Part shown: piece by piece, positions 1 to 9,094 of the stretch | How positions within the stretch are numbered: position 1 is the first letter of the stretch | How the letters are laid out: every line of letters starts with the position of its first letter | NCBI GenBank assembly: GCA_947630325.1 | Contig: CANRHB010000001.1 | Coordinates: 93,579-157,578, forward strand | Direction: 5' to 3' | Length of the DNA: 64,000 nt | Source: an uncultured Clostridia bacterium | Lineage (GTDB): Bacteria; Bacillota; Clostridia; Christensenellales; Borkfalkiaceae | The notes under the pieces: generated by a model | What the model saw: the letters and a program-made list of their open reading frames with translations, nothing else | What the model was told of the DNA's origin: nothing | The model's database searches: none | Position numbers and translations under genes: made by a program

Positions 1-594
1 TACCGAGCCGTATCGGGGGCGGATATCGCGCTTGTGAACGGCGGGGGCATCCGCGCGGATATTCCCGCGGGCGAGATCACCTATGGGGATATTCTGAGCG
101 TGCATCCATACGGAAATTCCTTGTGCGTCGGGAAAGCGACGGGGCAGGAGATCCTCGACGCCTTGGAAATGGCGAGCCGCTTCTGCCTTTCAAGCCCGAG
201 CGACGGCGAAAACGCGGTGGGGGAATGCGGCGGCTTTTTGCAGGTATCGGGGCTCAAATATGTCATCGACACCTCCGTAAACTCCACGGTGGAGACGGAC
301 GAGCAGGGGAATTTCCTCTCCTGCGGGAATAGCCGAAGAGTAAAGGATGTCATGGTGCTTGGGGAGAACGGAACCTATTCTGCGATCGAACCCGATAAGG
401 TATATACGGTGGCATCCCACAACTATCTCATCAAGGAAGGCGGGGACGGGCTGAATATGTTCACGGACAACGAGTTGACGACCGATGAAGGTCTGAAAGA
501 TTATGAGATCCTCATGACCTATCTCATGGATACCCTTCACGGAACGGTGGGGGACGAATACGCCCTTCCTCAAGGACGGATAGAGATCAAATAG
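1..594 (+). CDS. 5'-nucleotidase family protein, C-terminal domain (5' end outside window)
   Basis: Frame open from base 1; GADIALVNGGGIRADIPAGEITYGDILSVHPYGNS resembles the 5'-nucleotidase C-terminal substrate-binding domain; hairpin+T-run follows. Confidence 0.8.
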   Translation, partial: YRAVSGADIALVNGGGIRADIPAGEITYGDILSVHPYGNSLCVGKATGQEILDALEMASRFCLSSPSDGENAVGECGGFLQVSGLKYVIDTSVNSTVETDEQGNFLSCGNSRRVKDVMVLGENGTYSAIEPDKVYTVASHNYLIKEGGDGLNMFTDNELTTDEGLKDYEILMTYLMDTLHGTVGDEYALPQGRIEIK

Positions 595-616
595 AGGCGC
601 GAAAGAAATTTTCCGC

Positions 617-652
617 AAAAAAGGACATGCTTTATCCGGCATGTCTTTTTTA
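617..652 (+). terminator. Rho-independent terminator
   Basis: GACATGC-8nt-GCATGTC stem followed by TTTTTT. Confidence 0.6.
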
Positions 653-709
653 TATATCATATTTTTATTTGTAAGAGAAGTAATATTTGAAATAATTGCC
701 GATGTCCTA

Positions 710-738
710 TTGATTTTTGTCGGAATATGGTTTATAAT
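710..738 (+). promoter_or_regulatory. sigma-A-type promoter candidate
   Basis: TTGATT-17nt-TATAAT upstream of the GGAGG RBS and ATG at 767. Confidence 0.45.
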
Positions 739-766
739 ATATCTATCATTGACGACGGAGGCAAAA

Positions 767-1603
767 ATGAGCAGAGACGGTTTTTGCGATCTACATACCC
801 ATTCTACGGCATCGGACGGGACCGATTCTCCCCTTGAGCTTGTAGAGAATGCTTCTAAGTTGGGAATCCGTATTTTGGCGTTGACAGATCACGACAATGT
901 GAACGGCGTAAGGGAGCTTGCCTCGTTGCAGTCGGACGTGCGTATTATCCCCGGGGTTGAATTGAGCTCACGGACTGCCGTGCAAAAATGCCATATTCTG
1001 GGGCTTGGTATTGACCCGAACCATCCCGCCATGATCGAAGTGTTGGATAAAGCCAAGCTACTTCGGCTCAGAAAATTGGAAGCACGGATCGAAGCGCTTC
1101 AACATTTTACAGATCAAATCCCCGAAGAGGAATATGCGCCACTGCGCCAAATGGACGGCGTGGGCAAACCGCACCTTGCAAATTTACTGTTGAAGTATTC
1201 CGTCATCGCCGACAGACCGACGGCATTCCTTATTTTGGATGAAATTCCGACTCCGCCGTCGAGATTAGACGCCGAAGTTTCCGTCAAAGCGATTTTGGCG
1301 TCGGGCGGCGTCCCGGTTTGGGCGCATCCGATGGGAGAGGAGGGAAGAAGTCTGACCTTTGAACAGATGGAAGCGGTCCTTCCCGAGCTTTTAGAAATTG
1401 GGATCGGGGCGATGGAATGCTGGTATTCCAAATACCCCGTGGAGCTTTGCGAAAAGCTGGAAAAAATTGCCAAGGAGCATCGTCTTTTCGTTTCGGGCGG
1501 AAGCGATTATCATGGAAAAAACAAAACTGTGGCGCTCGGTCAACTTAACGCAGACAGCTTGCCCGTGAACGCGGCGCGGCTTACCGTGTTGGAAGCGCTG
1601 TAA
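767..1603 (+). CDS. PHP-domain phosphoesterase (TrpH/YciV-like)
   Basis: CDLHTHSTASDG...LALTDHDNVNG metal-binding motifs; GGAGG RBS before ATG 767; the longer ORF from 641 is an AT-rich promoter read-through. Confidence 0.85.
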   Translation: MSRDGFCDLHTHSTASDGTDSPLELVENASKLGIRILALTDHDNVNGVRELASLQSDVRIIPGVELSSRTAVQKCHILGLGIDPNHPAMIEVLDKAKLLRLRKLEARIEALQHFTDQIPEEEYAPLRQMDGVGKPHLANLLLKYSVIADRPTAFLILDEIPTPPSRLDAEVSVKAILASGGVPVWAHPMGEEGRSLTFEQMEAVLPELLEIGIGAMECWYSKYPVELCEKLEKIAKEHRLFVSGGSDYHGKNKTVALGQLNADSLPVNAARLTVLEAL

Positions 1604-1618
1604 AAGGGAGGTAAAAAA

Positions 1619-1870
1619 ATGAGAGATGTCATATTGGAAGGGGTCGAGGATAAGATCCGCATCAATCTGGGCGGAGACGTTTCGCTCGTCGCGGAAATTC
1701 AAAGGATCGGGCGTTCGCTCGATTGGCTCGTGTCCGAAGTGGAATTGACCGGCGAAGAGGTGCTGAATTTGATCGACAGCATTCAATTCGGACCCATGAA
1801 GAAGCCGTGCGGGTTGGAAGAGGATCTTATAAAAGACCATCATTACATATTGACCGCGTTTGATGATTGA
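1619..1870 (+). CDS. hypothetical small acidic protein (83 aa)
   Basis: GGGAGG 7 nt upstream of ATG; no recognisable motif; competing antisense ORF 1391-2071 has no RBS. Confidence 0.55.
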   Translation: MRDVILEGVEDKIRINLGGDVSLVAEIQRIGRSLDWLVSEVELTGEEVLNLIDSIQFGPMKKPCGLEEDLIKDHHYILTAFDD

Positions 1871-1964
1871 CCAACAAACTTGAACCGCATTATCTTCGCT
1901 CGATTGCGAAAAATGCTTACGAAGAATTAGGAAAAGCGGATAGAAGAGGGGCATAGAATGAGGT

Positions 1965-2564
1965 ATGGCTCCTCTTTTTTTGGTGCAAAACCTGTTTTCG
2001 CGCGCTTTTTCACGAAAATGGTGGATGATCTTTTTGATTTTGGCGGTTTTGTGTAGTACTATGTGTGGCATAGTATTTGTTAAGACGCCTGCATTTTACG
2101 AATTCCACCTCAAGCAGTGCGACCGTTTTTTGGACCGCGTATGCTATTCGGACAGAAATGTCTTTCTCATCTTCCTCGAACGAACGGCGGGGAGCGCGCT
2201 TCTCCTGATTCTCGTACTTGTAGGAGGACTGCACCCCGCGCTCCTGCCTCTTCCCGTGCTCGTCCTTTTGTATCGCTCCTACACCTTCGGCGGGGTCCTT
2301 GCCGTACTCTTTTCGGTCTATTCCGTCCCCGGGGCGGTGGTCGCCATTGTCCTGTATCTTCCCATCCATCTCCTTCTCGACGCTCTTTTGCTCCTTGCCG
2401 CGGGTGTCTCCTTTTGGCGCGCATTCTGCTTTTCCTTTTGCGCGGGCGATTGGAAGGAACTTTTGTGCGATTTTCTCTTCCTCCTTGCGCTCCTCGTCCT
2501 CGTGTGCCTTGTTGAAATGATCCTTCTTTTCGCCCTCTTTCACCCGCTCGGTAATCTCCTTTGA
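1965..2564 (+). CDS. spoIIM: stage II sporulation protein M-like membrane protein
   Basis: 199 aa, about 5 TM segments, N-terminal TM then soluble stretch then hydrophobic repeats as in SpoIIM/DUF95; start codon uncertain. Confidence 0.55.
   Translation: MAPLFLVQNLFSRAFSRKWWMIFLILAVLCSTMCGIVFVKTPAFYEFHLKQCDRFLDRVCYSDRNVFLIFLERTAGSALLLILVLVGGLHPALLPLPVLVLLYRSYTFGGVLAVLFSVYSVPGAVVAIVLYLPIHLLLDALLLLAAGVSFWRAFCFSFCAGDWKELLCDFLFLLALLVLVCLVEMILLFALFHPLGNLL
2055..2075. repeat. AT-rich palindrome family copy (AGTACTATG-TGTGG-CATAGTAT), inside CDS
   Basis: 7-bp arms TACTATG/CATAGTA with 5-nt loop; flank TTTTGTGTA matches the copy at 54962. Confidence 0.8.
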
Positions 2565-2603
2565 TAGGTTCATAATTTTCGGCAAACCGCGCAAACTTAG
2601 GGT

Positions 2604-3749
2604 ATGAAAAAATTATGTGTAGCGGCGCTTGCGCTCTCTTTTTTGCTTGCGCCGATGACTTTGAAGGAAAAAACTGTGAAGGCGGAGGAGCTCACCGACT
2701 GCAAAGCCGCCTATCTTTGCGACTTCGGGAGCGGCGTTTGCGCCTATTCCGTCAACGAGACGGAGCGTCTGCCCATTGCGAGCATGTGCAAGATCATGAC
2801 CCTGCTTCTCTGCTTCGAGGCGGTGGACGAGGGCAACCTTTCCTATGACGAGGAGATCGCAGTCGGCGATAACGCGTCGGGCATGGGGGGATCGCAGGTG
2901 TTCCTCGGGAGCGGGCTTTCCTACCGCGCGGAGGAACTCATGAAGACGATCGCGGTGTGCTCGGCAAACGATTCCTGCGTGGCGATGGCGGAGCGGCTTG
3001 CGGGGAGCGAGAGCCTCTTTGTGGAGAAGATGAATTCCCGCGCGAAGGAACTCGGCGCAGACAACACGCTGTTTGCCAACTGCACGGGGCTTCCCAAGGA
3101 GCCGCAGTACTCCTGCGCCAAGGACGTTGCCCTCATGCTCCGCACCCTTCTTTCCCATGAGAAATATTTCGAGTTTTCCAAAGTATGGCTGGAGGACTTC
3201 GCCCATCCCGACGGCCGCACGACGACCATCACCAACACCAACAAACTTATCCGCTTCTATGAGGGGTGCGACGGCGGCAAGACGGGCTTTACGTCTCAGG
3301 CGGGGTTCTGCCTTGCGGCGACCGCAAAGAGGGGAGATACCCGCCTTATTTCCGTCGTCATCGGCGCGGAGAGTTCGGACAAGCGGTTCCAAAGCGTGAA
3401 AAATCTCTTCAACTATGCCTTTGCGGCCTATGAAAGCCGCAAGATCGTGGAGGCAGGCAAGCCTCTTGAAACCAAACTCGACGTGCGCGGCGGCAAACAA
3501 AAGCAGATCTCCGTTTGTGCGGAGCGCGACCTTGCCCTCTTCTGCAAGCGGGGGGAGGAAGTCAACGCCACCGCCGAATTATCGCTCGCAAAGGGGTTAA
3601 AGGCGCCTCTTGAGGAGGGCGCGGAAGTCGGAGAGGCGATCTTATACCGCGACGGCGTGGAAGTTGCGCGTTGCCGACTGCTGACCGCGGAGCCCGCCGA
3701 ACGGTTCGGCTATGGCGACGCCTTCAAAAAGGCCGCGGGAGAATGGTGA
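2604..3749 (+). CDS. D-alanyl-D-alanine carboxypeptidase (peptidase S11, PBP5-type)
   Basis: Signal peptide; SxxK (SMCK), SxN (SAND), KTG (KTGFT) motifs. Confidence 0.9.
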   Translation: MKKLCVAALALSFLLAPMTLKEKTVKAEELTDCKAAYLCDFGSGVCAYSVNETERLPIASMCKIMTLLLCFEAVDEGNLSYDEEIAVGDNASGMGGSQVFLGSGLSYRAEELMKTIAVCSANDSCVAMAERLAGSESLFVEKMNSRAKELGADNTLFANCTGLPKEPQYSCAKDVALMLRTLLSHEKYFEFSKVWLEDFAHPDGRTTTITNTNKLIRFYEGCDGGKTGFTSQAGFCLAATAKRGDTRLISVVIGAESSDKRFQSVKNLFNYAFAAYESRKIVEAGKPLETKLDVRGGKQKQISVCAERDLALFCKRGEEVNATAELSLAKGLKAPLEEGAEVGEAILYRDGVEVARCRLLTAEPAERFGYGDAFKKAAGEW

Positions 3750-3836
3750 CCGCCCGCCCGAAAAATGCGAAATTTTCTTGACCGCCGCCCCCTCGCAGTG
3801 CTATAATATTGCCATTCCACCAAAGGACGGCAATTT

Positions 3837-5159
3837 ATGAACACCAGAAAGACGCTCTGCGTCAACGAAAAGGGGCATCTTACGATCGGCGGGTGCGACT
3901 GCGTGGAACTCGCCGCTCAATTCGGCACCCCGCTCTATGTCTTTGACGAGGACTATCTCCGCGGCATGATGCGAACCTACCGCGACACGATCGCAAAGGA
4001 ATACGGCGACGGGCTCGTACTCTATGCAAGCAAGGCATTCTCCTGCGAGGCGATGTATGCGATCGCAAAGCAGGAGGGGATCGGCACGGACGTCGTGTCG
4101 GGCGGGGAGCTCTACACGGCGATGCAGGCGGGTTTCCCCGCCGAAAAGATCTGTATGCACGGCAACAACAAACTGCCGCGGGAGATGGATCATGCGCTCG
4201 ACTGCGGCGTGGGGCTCTTCGCCGTGGACAACCCCGCCGAGGCGGACTATCTCGACTGCGCGGCGGAAAAGAGGGGAAGGGTGCAGGACGTGCTCCTCCG
4301 CATCAACCCCGGGGTGGAGGCGCACACGCACAAGTTCGTGCAGACGGCGACCCCCGACAGCAAGTTCGGCTTCTCGGTGCAAAGCGGCGCCGCCGAGGAG
4401 ATGACAAGGCACATTCTCGGCAAAAAGAACTTACGCCTCAGGGGCTTTCACTGCCATATCGGTTCGCAGATCTTCGAGAAGCAGTCCTTCTGCCTTGCGG
4501 CGGAGAAGTGCCTCTCCTTCATCGCGGACATGAAGCAAAAACTCTCCTTCGAGGCGGACACTCTCAACCTCGGCGGGGGGTTCGGCATCTGGTACACCGA
4601 CGAGGATGAGAAGTTCACCTTCGAGGGGTACGCCGCCTATCTGAGGGCGCTCATCGGCGCGGTAAAAGAGGGGTGCGCAAAGTACGGTTTGAAACAGCCT
4701 CGGCTCATGATCGAGCCCGGCCGTTCCATCGTGGGCGAGGCGGGGATCACCCTCTACACGGTGGGGGCGATCAAGGAGATCCCCGGCATCCGCAAGTATG
4801 TGGCGGTGGACGGGGGAATGTTCGACAACCCGCGCTTCTGCCTCTATGAGAGCAAATATACGGCGGTCCTTGCGAATCGGGCGGACGAACAGCCCACCGA
4901 GCGCGTCTCTGTTGCGGGCAAGTGTTGCGAGAGCGGCGACCTCATCGGCGTGAATATGAACCTGCCCGAAGCAAAGACGGGGGACATCCTCGCCGTGCTT
5001 TCGACGGGCGCATACAACTACTCCATGGCAAGCAACTACAACCGCAACTTTATCCCGCCCGCCGTGCTCGTAAAGGACGGAAAGGCGGAGTACATCATCA
5101 AGCCGCAGTCCTATGAGGACCTCGTGCGGAACGACGTCATTCCCGACAGATTGAAATAA
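3837..5159 (+). CDS. lysA: diaminopimelate decarboxylase
   Basis: 440 aa; GGGFGI and CESGD motifs of the PLP-dependent Orn/DAP/Arg decarboxylase family, full-length LysA-like. Confidence 0.9.
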   Translation: MNTRKTLCVNEKGHLTIGGCDCVELAAQFGTPLYVFDEDYLRGMMRTYRDTIAKEYGDGLVLYASKAFSCEAMYAIAKQEGIGTDVVSGGELYTAMQAGFPAEKICMHGNNKLPREMDHALDCGVGLFAVDNPAEADYLDCAAEKRGRVQDVLLRINPGVEAHTHKFVQTATPDSKFGFSVQSGAAEEMTRHILGKKNLRLRGFHCHIGSQIFEKQSFCLAAEKCLSFIADMKQKLSFEADTLNLGGGFGIWYTDEDEKFTFEGYAAYLRALIGAVKEGCAKYGLKQPRLMIEPGRSIVGEAGITLYTVGAIKEIPGIRKYVAVDGGMFDNPRFCLYESKYTAVLANRADEQPTERVSVAGKCCESGDLIGVNMNLPEAKTGDILAVLSTGAYNYSMASNYNRNFIPPAVLVKDGKAEYIIKPQSYEDLVRNDVIPDRLK

Positions 5160-5304
5160 CATCATACGATCGTCTCTCTTTTCAACATCTTGCGAAGGAG
5201 AGACGATTTTACTATATCTTGACAAAATTTTTTCATTCGACACATCTTCTTGCGGAATTTTTTTACTTCTCTCTGCTCTTTCGGTTGCGTTCGGCGGGAA
5301 ATTT

Positions 5305-5313
5305 TGATATAAT
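5305..5313 (+). promoter_or_regulatory. extended -10 (TGaTATAAT) 8 nt upstream of ATG 5322: leaderless candidate
   Basis: TG at 5305-5306, TATAAT 5308-5313; the 8 nt ttacccgt contain no SD. Confidence 0.45.
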
Positions 5314-5321
5314 TTACCCGT

Positions 5322-6041
5322 ATGAGTTTTGATCCCTATAAATTTATCGAATTGTTCGCAAGTTTCTTTGCCGTGACGGCCGTTCTGACCCTTCACGAAT
5401 TTTCGCACGCCTTCGTCGCCTACAAATGCGGCGATCCCACGGCGAAATGGGCGAAGCGGCTCTCCCTCAATCCGCTCAGGCACTTCGATATCGTCGGGCT
5501 CATCTGCTTTACCCTCGTCGGCTTCGGCTGGGCGAAACCCGTGCCGATCAACCCGAACAACTTCAAAAAATACCGCACGGGGCTGGCTCTTACTGCGAGC
5601 GCGGGCGTCATCACCAACTACCTCTCGGCGTTCGTGTTCTATCCGCTCTGCATGGTCGTTCTCTACTACATGCCCTACGTTGCGGTGCTCTCGGAGTTTT
5701 TGAACGATCTCACCTACTATCTGTTCGCATACAGCCTCTCCTTCTGCGTATTCAACCTTTTGCCCTTCTATCCCTTGGACGGCTTCCGCATCGTGGAGGC
5801 GACGAGCAGACGCCACGGCAAAGTCTATCAATTCCTCAGAAAGTACGGCTATTATATCCTGCTCTTCCTCATCATCGAGAGCTTCATCTGCAACATCTTC
5901 GTCCAATTCGGGCAAGGTTACGGCAACTATACGATGGCGATGTGGATGCAGAATTTGAACATTCTCGGCTGGTTCATGCGGTTCGGCACCGACATTTTAG
6001 GCTGGCCCATCTCCGCACTATGGGGGCTCGTGCCATGGTAA
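5322..6041 (+). CDS. site-2 protease family zinc metalloprotease (peptidase M50)
   Basis: HEFSH (HExxH) in TM segment, polytopic membrane protein, LNPLRHFD motif. Confidence 0.85.
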   Translation: MSFDPYKFIELFASFFAVTAVLTLHEFSHAFVAYKCGDPTAKWAKRLSLNPLRHFDIVGLICFTLVGFGWAKPVPINPNNFKKYRTGLALTASAGVITNYLSAFVFYPLCMVVLYYMPYVAVLSEFLNDLTYYLFAYSLSFCVFNLLPFYPLDGFRIVEATSRRHGKVYQFLRKYGYYILLFLIIESFICNIFVQFGQGYGNYTMAMWMQNLNILGWFMRFGTDILGWPISALWGLVPW

Positions 6042-6832
6042 ACCGCGAAAATTTCGAATCGACGGTGGACTACACCACCGTGCTCGACGGCTTCGAGGGC
6101 CCGCTCGATTTACTTCTTTTCCTCATCAACAAGGAGGAAATCGAGATAAAGGACGTCTTTGTCTCGCAGGTCACCGAGCAGTTCCTCGACTATATGAAGG
6201 GGCTCCCTTACCTCGACGTGGACAAGGTGACCGACTACCTCAACATCGCGGCGACCATTCTCAAGATCAAGGCGCAGGCGCTCGTTCCCAACATCGAAGA
6301 GGACCCCGAACTCGACATGGAGATCGAGGAGGACAAGGCACAACTCATCCGCGCGCTCGAGGAATTCCGCCTCATCAAGGAAGAGACGAAAAAACTCAAG
6401 GAGCTCGAGACGATCGGCTACTTTTTCAAGGAGCCAGACAAGAACGTGGGGGAGACCAAGACGGTGTTCTCGCTTGAAAATCTTACCCTCGACGGGCTTG
6501 TCTCCGCCTTTTCCACCCTCATGTTGAAGCGGGAGGAGGAGCGGGTAGCGACCGAAGAGCGGGAGATCCCGCGGGACGAATTCACCGTGGCGCAGAAGGT
6601 CACCGTCATTCTCGAGACGCTCGAGAGCCGCAAGACAGTGGACTTCGAAGAACTATTCACCCGCGACTTCACCCGAAGCGAGATCGTCACCACCTTTCAA
6701 GCGCTCCTCGAACTCTTGAAATACCAATATCTGCACGTCAGGCAGGACGGCGCATTCGGGCACATCTCCATTTCACTCAATCCCGACAGGGGAGAGGAGG
6801 ACTATCTTGGACAAATTGACGAATATAATTGA
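6035..6832 (+). CDS. scpA: segregation and condensation protein A
   Basis: FEGPLDLLLFLINKEEIEIKDV signature; ATG overlaps upstream stop (ATGGTAA); the 5426 start of the tracked ORF is an out-of-gene extension. Confidence 0.9.
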   Translation: MVNRENFESTVDYTTVLDGFEGPLDLLLFLINKEEIEIKDVFVSQVTEQFLDYMKGLPYLDVDKVTDYLNIAATILKIKAQALVPNIEEDPELDMEIEEDKAQLIRALEEFRLIKEETKKLKELETIGYFFKEPDKNVGETKTVFSLENLTLDGLVSAFSTLMLKREEERVATEEREIPRDEFTVAQKVTVILETLESRKTVDFEELFTRDFTRSEIVTTFQALLELLKYQYLHVRQDGAFGHISISLNPDRGEEDYLGQIDEYN

Positions 6833-7481
6833 GGCGATCCTGTTTGCCTCTGGCAAGAGCGTGGAACTTGCCATCATCGCGGAAAAACTCGAAGTCCCCA
6901 TGCGCGAAGTAAAAAAGGCGCTCTCCGAGCTCGAAGAGCGTTACGGGAGCGAGGGGGGACTTCGGCTCCTTCAATTCAACAACAAGGCGCAACTTGCCTC
7001 CAACCCGGACTATAAGACGAGCGTCGAGGCGGTGCTCAACCCCATCCGCGAAAAGGAGCTTACCCGCACTATATTGGAGTGCGCGGCGATCGTTGCCTAC
7101 AAACAGCCCATTACGCGCACGGAGATCGAGATGCTCCGCGGGCTCAACAGCGACTATGCGGTGCACGCCCTCCTCGAACTCAAACTCATCTATCCCTGCG
7201 GGAGGAAGGACGCCGTGGGACGGCCCATTCTCTATGCGACGACGGACGAATTTTTGAAGCGTTTCAAACTCAATTCCCTTGCGGACCTGCCCGACTACGA
7301 CGCGCTCATGGCGGCGATCACCCGTCCCGAAACGGACAGCTACCTCTATGCCCGCGAGGAATACCACGAAGAGGGAGAAGGGGAAGAGGCGGAAGAGGAG
7401 GTCGCAGTCTCCGACGGCGGTTACGAGATCCCCGACTTTTTGCGCGGGCTCGACGAGAGCGATCTCGTAAAAATCAGTTGA
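6807..7481 (+). CDS. scpB: segregation and condensation protein B
   Basis: IIEAILFASGKSV... ScpB signature; TTG start 6 nt after GGAGAGGAGG. Confidence 0.9.
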   Translation: MDKLTNIIEAILFASGKSVELAIIAEKLEVPMREVKKALSELEERYGSEGGLRLLQFNNKAQLASNPDYKTSVEAVLNPIREKELTRTILECAAIVAYKQPITRTEIEMLRGLNSDYAVHALLELKLIYPCGRKDAVGRPILYATTDEFLKRFKLNSLADLPDYDALMAAITRPETDSYLYAREEYHEEGEGEEAEEEVAVSDGGYEIPDFLRGLDESDLVKIS

Positions 7482-7507
7482 CCGGCAAAAAAAATGCGCC
7501 CGATCGG

Positions 7508-7546
7508 TTGTCAACGCATTCAAACTATGTTATAATTTGTTTGAAT
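7508..7546 (+). promoter_or_regulatory. promoter TTGTCA-17-TATAAT bracketed by 8-bp inverted repeat ATTCAAAC/GTTTGAAT
   Basis: -35 at 7508-7513, -10 at 7531-7536; IR arms 7518-7525 and 7539-7546 flank the -10. Confidence 0.6.
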
Positions 7547-7587
7547 AGATCGGCAAGCGCCGACATAAAATACAAAGGAGAGAAAAA

Positions 7588-7941
7588 ATGAAATACTGTC
7601 AGAATTGCGGCACCCAGCTCGACGACAACGCATACGTCTGCCCGACGTGCGGTATGCGCGCTGAGCCCGTCCATGCGCCCGTGCCCACCAGCACCACCAA
7701 CACGTTTGCCATTGTCGGCTTCATCCTCTCTTTCTTCATGCCTCTTCTCGGCCTGATCTTCTCCATCATCGGGCTCAACAAGGTGAAGGAGTGCAACGGC
7801 GGAAAGGGGCTTGCGGTCGCGGGGATCATCATCAGCGCCGTGGAATGGCTGATCGGGATCATCCTCGTCATTGCGATCGTCGCGGGCGGGATCATGATCG
7901 GTTCGCAGGGTCTCTTCATCGCCACCGTCACCGCTGTTTGA
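7588..7941 (+). CDS. zinc-ribbon domain membrane protein (paralog of 9177-9506)
   Basis: MKYCQNCGTQLDDNAYVCPTCG CxxC...CxxC ribbon then 2-3 TM segments; GGAG RBS. Confidence 0.8.
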   Translation: MKYCQNCGTQLDDNAYVCPTCGMRAEPVHAPVPTSTTNTFAIVGFILSFFMPLLGLIFSIIGLNKVKECNGGKGLAVAGIIISAVEWLIGIILVIAIVAGGIMIGSQGLFIATVTAV

Positions 7942-7964
7942 TTTTTATCTGCAATTTGTAAAAG

Positions 7965-7988
7965 CCTGCCGATGCGGCAGGTTTTTTG
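7965..7988 (+). terminator. Rho-independent terminator
   Basis: CCTGCCG-ATG-CGGCAGG then TTTTTTG. Confidence 0.8.
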
Positions 7989-8021
7989 TGTAGACTTTCA
8001 TTTTCCCCCGTAATTCTATTC

Positions 8022-8700
8022 TGTCATTTCGAGCGGAACGAAGTGGAGTCGAGAAATCTCGCCTTATTATAATGCGGTAGAGATTTCTCGACAAGCTCGA
8101 AATGACATTTGAGAATTTCGCCCACCCCCTTAATCCCCCTCCAATGGAGGGGGTTCCGCTTACATGCCCCCTCCTAAGGAAGGGGTAAGAATCACTGTCC
8201 CTTTCGGTGCCCCGCAGAGGGGTTCCGCTTACATGCCCCCTCCTTAGGAGGGGGGTAGGGGGTGGTGTCCTTTGTTCTAATTACATCACCCTGCCCCGCC
8301 CGCACGTTCTATGTTGTCTAAGCGCGGCACGAGGAGCCTGCGACGAAGTACCAAGCCGCTTCTAATTGTCATTTCGAGTGGAGCGAAGCGTAATCGAGAA
8401 ATCTCGCCTTTTTATAATGCGGTAGAGATTTCTCGACAAGCTCGAAATGACATTTGAAATCTCTTGGCTCCCCCTTGAGGGGGAGCTGTCGAGCGAAGCG
8501 AGACTGAGGGGGTGTTTTGTTTCGACGTGCAGACACCCCTTCCGTCACTCGCAAGCTCGTGACACCCACCCCTCAAGGGGTGGGCAAGCCCTTGCTTTCC
8601 CCCTCCGCAGGAGGGGGTTCTGTTTGCCGCTTGCCTGCCCTTTGAGGGGGAGGGAGTTCTCTCTCTCCCTCCCCCAACTTGTTGGGAGGGGGCACAAAAT
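8022..8700. repeat. mosaic palindromic-module cluster A
   Basis: Two 86-nt composite hairpins (8022-8107, 8367-8452) plus M2, M3, M4, M5 modules shared with six other intergenic clusters. Confidence 0.9.
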
Positions 8701-8713
8701 CACCCTGCCGCCT

Positions 8714-9037
8714 TTACCTTTTCGAGGAAAGAAACTCTGCGTAATTCAAAAGTTCCCGCCGAAGCGGCTGGGTGAGAGCGCCATATACTGCAAGGAGTTT
8801 CTGCTCCTCCTCCGTCAGCCGCCCATCAATGCGCACCACGCCAAAGTCGTCCTCTCTTCCGAGCAAATAATCTGCCGAACAGGAAAAACAGTCGGCAAGG
8901 GCGCAGATAAAACCTGCCGTCGGTTCGCTCAATCCCTTCTCCCAATAGTCCACCGACTTCTGACTGCAACCGATTTTTCCCGCCAACGTGCGCTGGCTCA
9001 TATCATTTTCCATTCGCAAAGTTTTAATGCGGTTCAT
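8714..9037 (-). CDS. XRE-family helix-turn-helix transcriptional regulator
   Basis: MSQRTLAGKIGCSQKSVDYWEKGLSEP HTH_3 signature; AAGGGG RBS. Confidence 0.85.
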   Translation of the reverse strand: MNRIKTLRMENDMSQRTLAGKIGCSQKSVDYWEKGLSEPTAGFICALADCFSCSADYLLGREDDFGVVRIDGRLTEEEQKLLAVYGALTQPLRRELLNYAEFLSSKR

Positions 9038-9094
9038 AAAAGAGCCCCTTAATAACTATTTTTCTCAAATTGTAAAAATATTACTCAAATTTAC

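Noticed and set aside
641-766. Hydrophobic N-terminal extension of the PHP phosphoesterase ORF
   Set aside because: The extension is AT-rich promoter DNA containing a TTGATT-17-TATAAT promoter. A GGAGG RBS precedes the internal ATG at 767, where the conserved CDLHTHS motif begins almost immediately.
3750-3836. Lysine riboswitch (L-box) upstream of lysA
   Set aside because: The spacer is only 87 nt, far shorter than an L-box. It holds just a TGcTATAAT -10 and a short ATTGCC/GGCAAT hairpin.
8447-9052. ORFs spanning the repeat clusters (8447-9052, 27188-27499, 40178-40754, 44107-44352, 44510-45106, 51302-51797)
   Set aside because: They are translations of palindromic modules, giving recurring peptide strings such as LPLEGELSSEARLRG. 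They occur in both orientations, lack RBSs and overlap real genes or terminators.
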